A DNA stretch of 64,000 nt from a virus. This document shows positions 52,537-60,502 of this stretch, in pieces. The notes beneath the pieces were generated by a model. It worked only from the letters and a program-made list of their open reading frames with translations, ran no database searches and was not told where the DNA came from. Every line of letters begins with the position of its first letter. Positions within the stretch are counted from its first letter, which is position 1. The stretch spans positions 32,001 through 96,000 of the IMG/VR virus record IMGVR_UViG_3300045988_177154; one strand, 5' to 3'. Both the position numbers and the translations under genes were made by a program.

Positions 52537-53070
52537 ATGGCTACAAATATTTATGAAAACGTTACGGAGATTGTTTTCCAAAACAATCGCTTCCCACTGA
52601 ATGGTGCTTCTGTTGATGATGTACTTGCATTGCTAAACGTCCCAGACAATGCAGAATTGGCAGTAGAAGGTACTGCTCTTCTAATTACAGAAAAATCTGG
52701 TACAAAGGGTGCTGACCCTGACCCAGAATTGATTGCTAAGTTGGCTGCTACTTTTGGTGGCGAAGCAATCAAAGGTGCTAGTGTGAAACTCCACCGTGCT
52801 TCAAATGGTAAATGGGTACCAAAAATCCCTGGTTTCACTCTTGATGAAGTTGCTTACTTGCTTGAAAAAGATGTAGAACTTTCAGAAGAAATGACTGATG
52901 AACAAGTTGAAATTGCTCGTCAAGCTCTTGAACAACGTGATGCTGAAATTGAAGCACAACGTGTTGCAGAAAAACAAGCTTTAGTAACAGAAGCTCTTGA
53001 AGGCTCAGGTCTTAACTTCACTTATGACCAATTGGTCTGTTTGCAAAAAGCTCTTGATGCTATTCGCTAA
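52537..53070 (+). CDS. Ubl-like N-terminal module fused to an acidic helical C-terminal region
   Basis: EIVFQNNRFPLNGASVDDVLALLNVPDNAELAVEGTALLITEKSG aligns with the 54-aa ORF. Visibly more G/C-rich codons than neighbouring genes. Confidence 0.6.
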   Translation: MATNIYENVTEIVFQNNRFPLNGASVDDVLALLNVPDNAELAVEGTALLITEKSGTKGADPDPELIAKLAATFGGEAIKGASVKLHRASNGKWVPKIPGFTLDEVAYLLEKDVELSEEMTDEQVEIARQALEQRDAEIEAQRVAEKQALVTEALEGSGLNFTYDQLVCLQKALDAIR

Positions 53071-53098
53071 AAACAACACACTATTTAACAAAAAAAGA

Positions 53099-53130
53099 AA
53101 ATCACACTTCAGTGTGATTTTTTTATTTTT
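53099..53130 (+). terminator. intrinsic terminator after gene 52537-53070
   Basis: AAATCACAC-TTCA-GTGTGATTT plus a T run. Confidence 0.8.
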
Positions 53131-53145
53131 TAATACACTTTTCGG

Positions 53146-53174
53146 TTGACAAATTCATAATTGTTTGATAGAAT
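53146..53174 (+). promoter_or_regulatory. sigma-A type promoter
   Basis: TTGACA-17-TAGAAT. Confidence 0.7.
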
Positions 53175-53204
53175 ATATAATATAATAAGAAAGGGGAAAA
53201 TACA

Positions 53205-53942
53205 ATGCCTATTTTAGAACTAGACGCTAGTCAATATGTGAAGCAAGGTCGAATTTTTAAGAAATTTGATTCTAATTTGCTTGATTCATATATGGACGGT
53301 AGACAAAATAACTATAATATTAACTTAGCAGAATTAGATGACCAAATTTCTGATGGTATCGTTTATGCTGACCGAAATGGTAAAATGATTTACAAATTTG
53401 GAGCTAAGAAAATTATTCAAACAGCAATCACAAATGGATTGGAAATTAGTGGGTTGTCTAAGGATTTAGAAATGAAGCATTATTCATTTTGGGTACCTGA
53501 TTTATATTTTGTTTCATTTTACAGTTTTAATCCAAATGAAGATTTATATATTGCATACCGTAGCAAAGATGAAGAATTTATTTGCTTGACAAATATTTGG
53601 CCTGACGGTTCGAGCTATGCAGAGGATTATTTCCCTAATGGTGACCGATTAACTCTTAAAAGACTTTGTAAGGGTAGCATGATGTCAGATGTTAGTTCGA
53701 GCGATTATGACGCATGGAGAAATAATGCTGTCACTCGTGCTAGTCAATTTGTAAATAAATTTGTAAGTGCTCGAGGAAATTCTGACTTAGATTTTGTTGG
53801 TAGTGCATTGCGAAGCAAAGTACCGAGTCATAATATTAAAAAATGTGCAGTATTTCTTGGCACAATTACAAAAGAACAAGAAAATGTAAACACTTATGAA
53901 GAGTTCATGGAATGGACTAAAAATACAAAATGGTTTAAATAA
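53205..53942 (+). CDS. hypothetical protein, tentative E2/UBC-like candidate
   Basis: FNPNEDLYIAYRSKDEEFICLTNIW recalls the E2 HPN...ICL arrangement. Position is between the Ubl and JAB genes. Motif-level guess only. Confidence 0.3.
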   Translation: MPILELDASQYVKQGRIFKKFDSNLLDSYMDGRQNNYNINLAELDDQISDGIVYADRNGKMIYKFGAKKIIQTAITNGLEISGLSKDLEMKHYSFWVPDLYFVSFYSFNPNEDLYIAYRSKDEEFICLTNIWPDGSSYAEDYFPNGDRLTLKRLCKGSMMSDVSSSDYDAWRNNAVTRASQFVNKFVSARGNSDLDFVGSALRSKVPSHNIKKCAVFLGTITKEQENVNTYEEFMEWTKNTKWFK

Positions 53943-53965
53943 AAAGAAAGTGAGAAATAAATAAA

Positions 53966-55144
53966 ATGAAATTAGTAGAACTTTACTCATCAGAACAATT
54001 TAAAAAAGAATCTGACCGTGGTATGATTAAAACAGTTATTGTCGGAAAAGACGGTACGTATGAAGAACAAAATTCTTGGTTAGGTACTTCTCTGAAAAAA
54101 GTACATGATTATGGAGTTATTACATTCCCCGAAGTTACTGAATTTGTAAAAGTAAAAAATGTAAATGTTACAAAAATTCCAGCAATTGCCATTAAAACAG
54201 TAATGAAATGGTACAAAGACATTACTGATAAGAATGGAGAAGAAGCACAAGTAAACTTTTATCTTAAAAGTCGTAAATTGGGCGGAACTCCACAAGATGG
54301 TATTTACAAATTAACTTATACTGAAGAAGATGAATTTGGAATTGAAACAGAAAAGACAGTTAAATTAGAAGATATTCCGGGGCTTAACTTTTGGAATGAT
54401 GATGTATTCTCATATACACCAAAACAAGAAAATTCACACGGCCAAACAAGTACAGATGACCCAATCTATACAGCTCTAAATCAACAATATGGAATGTTTT
54501 TGGAAACACATTCACATAACAGCATGCCAGCATTTTGCTCAAGTACTGACTATGCAAATTCTCAAAATGACGCTGTTCAATTAGTATTTGGGAAATTCAA
54601 AGGCTCTCATATTGAAATGTATAACTGGATTACAGTAAGTCAAAAGCTTAAGGAAGGTTTTGATGCTCATGTATTGGAAAAATTTGTAGAATTTCCAACT
54701 TATTCTGTAAATACAGCAGAAAAGAAATTGAACTTTGATTTTTCTGTACTTTCAGGTGTTGATGAAACAATTCTTGAAGAATGGGATAAACAAGTTATCA
54801 AACCTAAACCTATTGTACGTTCATTTGGATATGGTAGTTATGGTGGCGGATATGCTAACACAATTTGGTCTACTTCAGATACAACTCGTTCACCTTGGAC
54901 TCCAAAACATGGTTCTACTGTAACATCATACAAATCAACTCCAGCTAAGATTGAAGAAGGTTCTGAAAAAGCAATTATTGATTTACTAGAAATGTATGGC
55001 AATGATGCAATTAGTGTGATTGAAAATCTAGTAAGTATTTACAAATCAGCTATTTCAAATGCTACTTATGTAAGCAAGACTGAAACAGAAATTCAAGATG
55101 AAATTGTCACTCTTGTATCGGATGCAATTGATGAACTTTTCTAA
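53966..55144 (+). CDS. JAMM/JAB (MPN+) metallopeptidase domain protein
   Basis: Exact JAMM core H-S-H-NSMPAFC-S-ST-D (HxHx7Sx2D) with an upstream Glu (GEEAQV). Additional ~200-aa C-terminal region. Confidence 0.75.
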   Translation: MKLVELYSSEQFKKESDRGMIKTVIVGKDGTYEEQNSWLGTSLKKVHDYGVITFPEVTEFVKVKNVNVTKIPAIAIKTVMKWYKDITDKNGEEAQVNFYLKSRKLGGTPQDGIYKLTYTEEDEFGIETEKTVKLEDIPGLNFWNDDVFSYTPKQENSHGQTSTDDPIYTALNQQYGMFLETHSHNSMPAFCSSTDYANSQNDAVQLVFGKFKGSHIEMYNWITVSQKLKEGFDAHVLEKFVEFPTYSVNTAEKKLNFDFSVLSGVDETILEEWDKQVIKPKPIVRSFGYGSYGGGYANTIWSTSDTTRSPWTPKHGSTVTSYKSTPAKIEEGSEKAIIDLLEMYGNDAISVIENLVSIYKSAISNATYVSKTETEIQDEIVTLVSDAIDELF

Positions 55145-55160
55145 ACGCTAAATTTTGAGA

Positions 55161-55190
55161 AAAGTTATCCAAAATTGGATAACTTTTTCT
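55161..55190 (+). terminator. intrinsic terminator after the JAB gene
   Basis: AAGTTATCCAA-loop-TTGGATAACTT plus a T run. Confidence 0.8.
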
Positions 55191-55246
55191 TGATTTTTTA
55201 AGCATTATATTATATAATAGAATTACCGAAAGAAAGGTAGGACAAT

Positions 55247-55726
55247 ATGAAAAAAAGATTAGAAGTAAAAATCATTGATACTGCAAGACGATTAAATAGA
55301 AGAGTCAAATCAGAATATACTTTATTAAATCTAAATGAAATCTTTACAGGTACAGAAGAATTTGACTATGTTGCAGCTGCAAAATTAGGTGTTCTTGATA
55401 AATATAAAACTATTCTTGAAACTGGTGTAATTGCTGATGTTGATAAAAGTTGGAGTTCAAATAGTGTCTTAGGAAAGATTGTTGGTAATGATAAAATCGT
55501 TAAATTAGTAAATGCAGAACTTGCTGAATTATTTCCAGCGGACGTATTTGAACAAAGTGAAAATAGCACTTATTTAAAATTTAATCCAAAAAATGCTGAT
55601 AAGATTAGAAAGATTGACATTATCACATGGCTTCGTACTCAACCTAATTTTTATAGAGATGGTTCAACTTATGGATTGTCAACAAAAGTAAACGGAGCAA
55701 CTTATCATACGAAAATTCTATTTTAA
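55247..55726 (+). CDS. hypothetical protein (159 aa)
   Basis: ORF track. Confidence 0.6.
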   Translation: MKKRLEVKIIDTARRLNRRVKSEYTLLNLNEIFTGTEEFDYVAAAKLGVLDKYKTILETGVIADVDKSWSSNSVLGKIVGNDKIVKLVNAELAELFPADVFEQSENSTYLKFNPKNADKIRKIDIITWLRTQPNFYRDGSTYGLSTKVNGATYHTKILF

Positions 55727-55738
55727 GGGGGAAGCAAA

Positions 55739-56221
55739 ATGAATGAATTTCAAAAACATTTATTCAAGTTAAATGAAGTTAAATTTTCTGATTATAACTT
55801 GAATTATATTGACAGTAATAATGAAGATGAAGAAGGTGTGATTGTTGTAATCACAAATGACTTCGAAAAAGCTTTTGCTTTCAAACCTTACAATCGTATT
55901 GCTAATAAAAATGCTTATCTTGTAATTGAAGAAGAAACTGACTTAGAAGCAATTGTAAAACAAATTTTAGGAGAAGATAACTTCTGTAATCTTCCAAATT
56001 TAAGACAATTCCATAATGGGCAACTTTGTCGCTATCTTAAAATTGTAGAATTTTCAAGTTACAATACTGATGCTTTTACTCATCTTAAAACGTATCTAAA
56101 ACATAATTTTGAAGAAACTGAAGATGATGTAAAACATTATGAACTCTTTGACAAGAATATTGTGATTGTTCCAAAAGAATTTTATGACTTAGCAAAAGAA
56201 AAAGTCATGCCAGCTGCATAG
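55739..56221 (+). CDS. hypothetical protein (160 aa)
   Basis: ORF track. Confidence 0.6.
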   Translation: MNEFQKHLFKLNEVKFSDYNLNYIDSNNEDEEGVIVVITNDFEKAFAFKPYNRIANKNAYLVIEEETDLEAIVKQILGEDNFCNLPNLRQFHNGQLCRYLKIVEFSSYNTDAFTHLKTYLKHNFEETEDDVKHYELFDKNIVIVPKEFYDLAKEKVMPAA

Positions 56222-56236
56222 AAAGGGGAGTTAAAT

Positions 56237-56428
56237 ATGTCTTTAAGTGTTTTTTTGATTTCCTTGAACAATGCTTGTCGGGAATTTAATCAACAAAATA
56301 ACATTCAATTAGAAGTTTCAGAAGTAAATATTGATTTTGACTCTGAACGCTTTAAACAATTAGACAGATTGTTTGATTGGAGTACAGAACGAGGAAAGGA
56401 AATGATTCAACGCTTGTATGTTGAATAA
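56237..56428 (+). CDS. hypothetical protein (63 aa)
   Basis: ORF track. GGGGAG RBS. Confidence 0.5.
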   Translation: MSLSVFLISLNNACREFNQQNNIQLEVSEVNIDFDSERFKQLDRLFDWSTERGKEMIQRLYVE

Positions 56429-56436
56429 GGTTAAAT

Positions 56437-57417
56437 ATGGAAAACAAAACAGAATTAGTAAAACTACTTAATCAAATTTCAACGCTTTTAGAAGGTGAAG
56501 AAGAGCGCTTTAAACATTTGCTAGAACAATTGAAAACTGCTATCAATACAAAAAGTATTGCTCGAGAAGCAGAAACATTAGCAATGAACTTGATTGAAGA
56601 ACGTTATGGTAAATTACCAGAGATTACTAAAATTCAGATTGGTAATAATAAACCAAAAGAAATTAAAGGCTTGACTCACTCTTCTTTTAAATCCATTTTG
56701 ACTTTGCTTGCAAATGGAGAAAATGTTTTGCTTAATGGTCCGTCAGGTACTGGTAAAAACGTGCTTGGTAATCAAATTGCTGAAGCATTAGGATTGGAAT
56801 TTTACTGTACTCCAGCTATTCGACAAGAATATAAATTGAGTGGCTTTATTGATGCAAACGGAAACTTTGTTGAAACTCCATTCTACAAAGCTTGGACAAA
56901 TGGCGGTGTTTATCTATTTGATGAAATGGATGCTTCAGATGCTACCGTTATTCTTAATATTAACTCTGCTCTAGCAAATGGTTATTATGAATTTCCTATC
57001 GGATTGAAAAAGAAACATAAAGATTTCTATATTCTAGGTGCAGGCAATACTTTAGGAAATGGTGGCGACCGTATCTATACTGCTCGTGAAGAATTAGATG
57101 CTTCTACAATTGACCGATTTGCTGTAGTACCATTTGGATATGATGAAAAATTAGAGCGAGAACTTGCTGGAAATGAAAAGATTTATGAATTTATTATCGC
57201 AGTTCGAAAAGCAATTGAAGAAACTGGACTTCGCTATGTTGTATCTATGCGAGCGACAAAAAGTTTAGCACAATTGTATGGCAAAATGGATATTCAAGAA
57301 CTTGTTAAATATGTTGTATGTAGAAATATGCGAACAGCAGACATTAAAACAATTCTTTCACGTTGTAAATGCCCAGTAGATAATCCATTCTATATTGCTC
57401 TTAAAAATATTGATTAA
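56437..57417 (+). CDS. MoxR/CobS-type (AAA_5) AAA+ ATPase
   Basis: Walker A LLNGPSGTGKN, Walker B VYLFDEMD, and the sensor/arginine region TIDRF. Confidence 0.7.
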   Translation: MENKTELVKLLNQISTLLEGEEERFKHLLEQLKTAINTKSIAREAETLAMNLIEERYGKLPEITKIQIGNNKPKEIKGLTHSSFKSILTLLANGENVLLNGPSGTGKNVLGNQIAEALGLEFYCTPAIRQEYKLSGFIDANGNFVETPFYKAWTNGGVYLFDEMDASDATVILNINSALANGYYEFPIGLKKKHKDFYILGAGNTLGNGGDRIYTAREELDASTIDRFAVVPFGYDEKLERELAGNEKIYEFIIAVRKAIEETGLRYVVSMRATKSLAQLYGKMDIQELVKYVVCRNMRTADIKTILSRCKCPVDNPFYIALKNID

Positions 57418-57420
57418 CTA

Positions 57421-57447
57421 AAAAGAGATTTTTATAATCTCTTTTTC
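57421..57447 (+). terminator. intrinsic terminator after the AAA+ gene
   Basis: AAAAGAGATT-TTTAT-AATCTCTTTT. Confidence 0.75.
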
Positions 57448-57448
57448 A

Positions 57449-57560
57449 GTTTAAGCAGCTTTAAGAAGAATTTCTAATAAGACATAGAAATTATCATTCA
57501 TCTATTAAAACTGTCTTAGCTGCTGAGTAACAGTCGCTAATTATCATTTAAATTATTAAC
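57449..57560 (+). repeat. second intergenic repeat subfamily, copy 2
   Basis: TTTAAGCAG...AAAACTGTCTTAGCTGCTGAGTAACAGTCGCTAATTATC resembles 29561-29690. Confidence 0.5.
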
Positions 57561-57640
57561 TATTACTTAAAGATTATTCTATAACTCACTCTTCTTTTTT
57601 ATAGGCTTTATTCCAACGAGCTTTGAAAAAGCGAGGTGGG

Positions 57641-57696
57641 TTATCTATTTAGTTATTTATTTAGTTGTTTATTAGTTATTTATAGTTATTAGCTAA
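57641..57696. repeat. AT-rich tandem repeats (~11-nt period, TAGTTATTTAT-like)
   Basis: TTATCTATTT-AGTTATTTATT-TAGTTGTTTAT-TAGTTATTTAT-AGTTATTAGC read directly. Confidence 0.7.
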
Positions 57697-57778
57697 AAAA
57701 GCGCTGTTTTGCAAAGCGCTTTAGCTGTTGTTACTCAACTGTTTAGAGCATCTGTAAAATGGCGTAATGATAAAAAAC

Positions 57779-58030
57779 AGTATTTTACCGGTGATTATCA
57801 GTATTTTACCGGTTTTTTTGAGTATTTTTGGTCATTTTTTGAGTATTTTACCGGTTTTTTTGAGTATTTTTGGGCCGATTTTAGTATTTCATTACTGAGT
57901 ATTTTACCGGATTTTTAATTGCTTTGTTTTAGTTTTGAATGATTTCACTGAGTATTTTTGGTCTGTTTTTGAATTTTATATATGAGTATTTTTAGGCTTT
58001 TTCAAAATGCTTGATGAGTATTTTACCCTT
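57779..58030 (+). repeat. iteron-like array: 10 direct copies of AGTATTTT(A/T)(C/G)(C/G)
   Basis: Copies start at 57779, 57800, 57821, 57842, 57863, 57883, 57898, 57951, 57985 and 58017. Two alternating variants occur: AGTATTTTACCGG and AGTATTTTTGG(T/G)C. Confidence 0.8.
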
Positions 58031-58040
58031 GATTTATGAT

Positions 58041-58069
58041 TTGACTTATGGGAAAGTTTATAATATAAT
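58041..58069 (+). promoter_or_regulatory. sigma-A type promoter
   Basis: TTGACT-17-TATAAT. Confidence 0.7.
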
Positions 58070-58103
58070 AAAAATAAATAAAAAATGAAAGTAATGAGAA
58101 ACT

Positions 58104-59147
58104 ATGAAAGACGTTATTGAAACAGTAAATACTAAAATCAAAATTTATAGTAAAGAAGAATTTGAAAATGTAGCAAAAGGTTTAAGATTGAGCAATCGTA
58201 ATAATCAATCTGAAATGGCTTCGCCTGAATTTGCAGGTACTGAATCTTTAGCAGAAGCAGAAAAATTACGAAGCGATGGGGATATGGATAGTTATAGACA
58301 AATCCTATATTTTGTTAATAAATTTATTTCTTATACAAAGTATAATAAAAAGATTTCAAAAAATAAAGAAGATGTAGTAGGATTTTCACCTAATGTTTCA
58401 GCGACACTTATGGGTGTTCCTAAAAATATGTTTAATCGTGAAGAACGTAGACTTCCTATGAAAGAGATTTCTATTGCAATCTCGCCTACATTTAGTGCAA
58501 AATATACCACACAAGAAATTATTACATTCGGAACTGTAATGATTAGTTTGATTGACAAATTAGAAAATGAAAATATTAAAGTTAATCTTTATGTATTGTT
58601 TAATATGGGTGTTGACTCAGAAGTCATTAAAGTAAAACATAAAAAAGAACGACATTATTACTCTCCTATCACACAAGCAAAAGCAAGTGTTTATGACATT
58701 GGAAGATTGTTTAAATTAACAGATAAGAAGATTGCTAGATACAAAGATATAGTTAAAACTTATTATGAAACTTTCAAACCAACGAAAGAAGAAGATTTTA
58801 ATACAGAGGGATTTCTTTATCAATTAAAAGCAGCTTCTGACCCATTGAATACATTTGATTGTGCTTATTATATTGTAAACCCATCATTCTTACGCAGACA
58901 TTGCTTGAAAATTCTTGAAACAGACCCATTCTTTACTGATGTTACGTTTGATAATTATGGAGTAGCTTCTCTTAAAAGTGCAGCCATGGCTGAACAAGCT
59001 ATTAAGAAAAAATATAAAGATGTAGCATTCTTTTCTGTTTGGAATAGCAAATTCACTGACCCAGAGAAAATTGGTGATTACATTGAAGCTGCTTACGCTC
59101 GACTCAATAAAGAATTTCCCGACATTTTCAAGAAAAAACAAAAATAA
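58104..59147 (+). CDS. hypothetical protein (347 aa)
   Basis: ORF track. Behind promoter 58041-58069. Confidence 0.6.
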   Translation: MKDVIETVNTKIKIYSKEEFENVAKGLRLSNRNNQSEMASPEFAGTESLAEAEKLRSDGDMDSYRQILYFVNKFISYTKYNKKISKNKEDVVGFSPNVSATLMGVPKNMFNREERRLPMKEISIAISPTFSAKYTTQEIITFGTVMISLIDKLENENIKVNLYVLFNMGVDSEVIKVKHKKERHYYSPITQAKASVYDIGRLFKLTDKKIARYKDIVKTYYETFKPTKEEDFNTEGFLYQLKAASDPLNTFDCAYYIVNPSFLRRHCLKILETDPFFTDVTFDNYGVASLKSAAMAEQAIKKKYKDVAFFSVWNSKFTDPEKIGDYIEAAYARLNKEFPDIFKKKQK

Positions 59148-59151
59148 CTAT

Positions 59152-59262
59152 AAGACGCTAAAACTGTTTCTAAGCTGTTTTACTGCAAAGTCGATACATT
59201 TATCGAAAAACAGTTTTGACTGTTTTTGCGTTTCACTAGTGACGATATAACAGGTATCAAAA
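59152..59262 (+). repeat. dispersed intergenic repeat, copy G
   Basis: CTAAGCTGTTTTACTGCAAAGTCGATACATTTATCGAAAAACAGTTTTGACTGTTTTTGCGTTTCACTAGTGACGATATAACAGGTATCAAAAC. Confidence 0.8.
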
Positions 59263-59295
59263 CAAATACTACATAAGATGAAAAGGAGAAAAATT

Positions 59296-59856
59296 ATGGC
59301 TAGATATTACATAACAACTGAAAAAGAATTTATTAAAGAAACTGACGCTCAATCAAGAGAACTAATTATTACACCTAATCAATTGCTTTGGAAAGATACT
59401 TCATTAGTAAGTTATAAAATCGAACATATGGAAGATTATAATAAGTTAGTTGAAGTTAAAGAAAATTATTTCTATTTCTTAGTGGCGAGAGAATTAGCTC
59501 GTAACGTTTACACAATGAAACAATTCTTAATGATTGATGAATTAGCTACTAGAGTAAATGATTTAGAAACAAAAACTATCGCTTATTTAAATTCTATGTT
59601 AGATGATACTAATTTAAAATACTCTGAATTAGAATTAGTATTTAATAAACGAATTATGGATTGTTTAATGAGTTTGACTCCACCATCTCATGGAGATTAT
59701 TTATATTTTATCGGATTGACTAAAAATGATGAAAAAGCTCGTGAAATTATGATTAACAAACTAGAATTAGCTTTGGAATACTCATTCATCAATAATAACA
59801 CTTTAGGAGAAGTGGAATTATGGAATGAAGCTTTAAGAACTCTTTATTATGAATAA
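59296..59856 (+). CDS. hypothetical protein (186 aa)
   Basis: Start moved to MARYYITTEKEF (AAAGGAG RBS). Confidence 0.55.
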   Translation: MARYYITTEKEFIKETDAQSRELIITPNQLLWKDTSLVSYKIEHMEDYNKLVEVKENYFYFLVARELARNVYTMKQFLMIDELATRVNDLETKTIAYLNSMLDDTNLKYSELELVFNKRIMDCLMSLTPPSHGDYLYFIGLTKNDEKAREIMINKLELALEYSFINNNTLGEVELWNEALRTLYYE

Positions 59857-60193
59857 GCCAATAACATTAGCAACTCTAAAGTCTTTTAAAAAATCATTAG
59901 CTATAACTTATAAATATGCTTATCAAGATTTACCAATGATTTATAGACGATTGCTTGAAAAAGGACATTATATAAATATTTACAAAGCAGAATTAACTGA
60001 AGAAGAATTATCTGTTATTCTTTATGCAGCTGATAACTTAATGGCTCTATATGGAAATATTGCTCATCAATTACTCTATTATTCATTGATGAAATACTTA
60101 GATTTTTTAATTGATAAATATTCAGGCACAAATTTAGATATAAACAACAATAAAGATGAAATACTAAAAGAATGGAAACGCATAGGAGAATAA
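59849..60193 (+). CDS. hypothetical protein (114 aa)
   Basis: ORF track. 8-nt overlap with the upstream gene. Confidence 0.55.
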   Translation: MNKPITLATLKSFKKSLAITYKYAYQDLPMIYRRLLEKGHYINIYKAELTEEELSVILYAADNLMALYGNIAHQLLYYSLMKYLDFLIDKYSGTNLDINNNKDEILKEWKRIGE

Positions 60194-60194
60194 A

Positions 60195-60413
60195 ATGCTA
60201 GAAATTTTTAAATATAACGCTATCAGAGATATGTTTAAGCTTAATATGACAGCTAAAGAACTAGAAACAATCTTTAAGGATTACAAAAAGAATAAAGCTA
60301 TTTCACCACAATACAAAAAACAAGCTGATGAAATTGCTAAAGTTATTTCTAACAAATTAGAGTTAAATCACTCAGCTGAAGAATGGCTAAATGCTTTGGA
60401 TAAAATGTTTTAA
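60195..60413 (+). CDS. hypothetical protein (72 aa)
   Basis: ORF track. Confidence 0.55.
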   Translation: MLEIFKYNAIRDMFKLNMTAKELETIFKDYKKNKAISPQYKKQADEIAKVISNKLELNHSAEEWLNALDKMF

Positions 60414-60442
60414 GAAAGACTTTAATTAGTCTTTCTTTTTTG
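60412..60442 (+). terminator. intrinsic terminator
   Basis: AAGAAAGACT-TTAATT-AGTCTTTCTT plus a T run. Confidence 0.8.
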
Positions 60443-60471
60443 TTGACAAAATAAAAAATGCTTGATATAAT
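60443..60471 (+). promoter_or_regulatory. sigma-A type promoter
   Basis: TTGACA-17-TATAAT. Confidence 0.8.
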
Positions 60472-60502
60472 TAAAATACAAAAATGAAATGAGGTAATTA
60501 TT

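Noticed and set aside
52551-52838. 95-aa minus-strand ORF antisense to gene 52537-53070
   Set aside because: It lies entirely inside a well-supported plus-strand gene that has a promoter, RBS and terminator. The open antisense frame is explained by the higher G/C content of that gene.
53205-53942. Confident E2 annotation
   Set aside because: The call rests on a single NPN...ICL-like stretch and on gene position. It is kept only as a low-confidence candidate pending fold prediction.
57709-57918. 69-aa plus-strand ORF in the ORF track
   Set aside because: Its sequence (YFTGDYQYFTGFFEYFWSFFEYFTGFFEYFW) is just the translation of the AGTATTTT iteron array. It has no RBS and lies in an obviously non-coding repeat region.
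57779-58030. Possible CRISPR array
   Set aside because: Repeats are only about 13 nt with a 21-bp period, so the spacers would be about 8 nt. Spacing becomes irregular downstream, and there is no palindromic repeat and no cas genes. An iteron or operator array is the better description.
58104-59147. Calling this protein a vWA/CobT-like partner of the MoxR-type ATPase
   Set aside because: I could not find a DxSxS MIDAS motif or any other vWA hallmark by eye. It is left as hypothetical.
59226-59255. Promoter embedded in the dispersed repeat (TTGCGT or TTAGCG ... TATAAC within TGACGATATAAC)
   Set aside because: The spacer between the -35-like and -10-like hexamers is only about 14-16 nt and varies among copies. 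Copies occur in both orientations relative to the genes, so a conventional promoter role is not supported.
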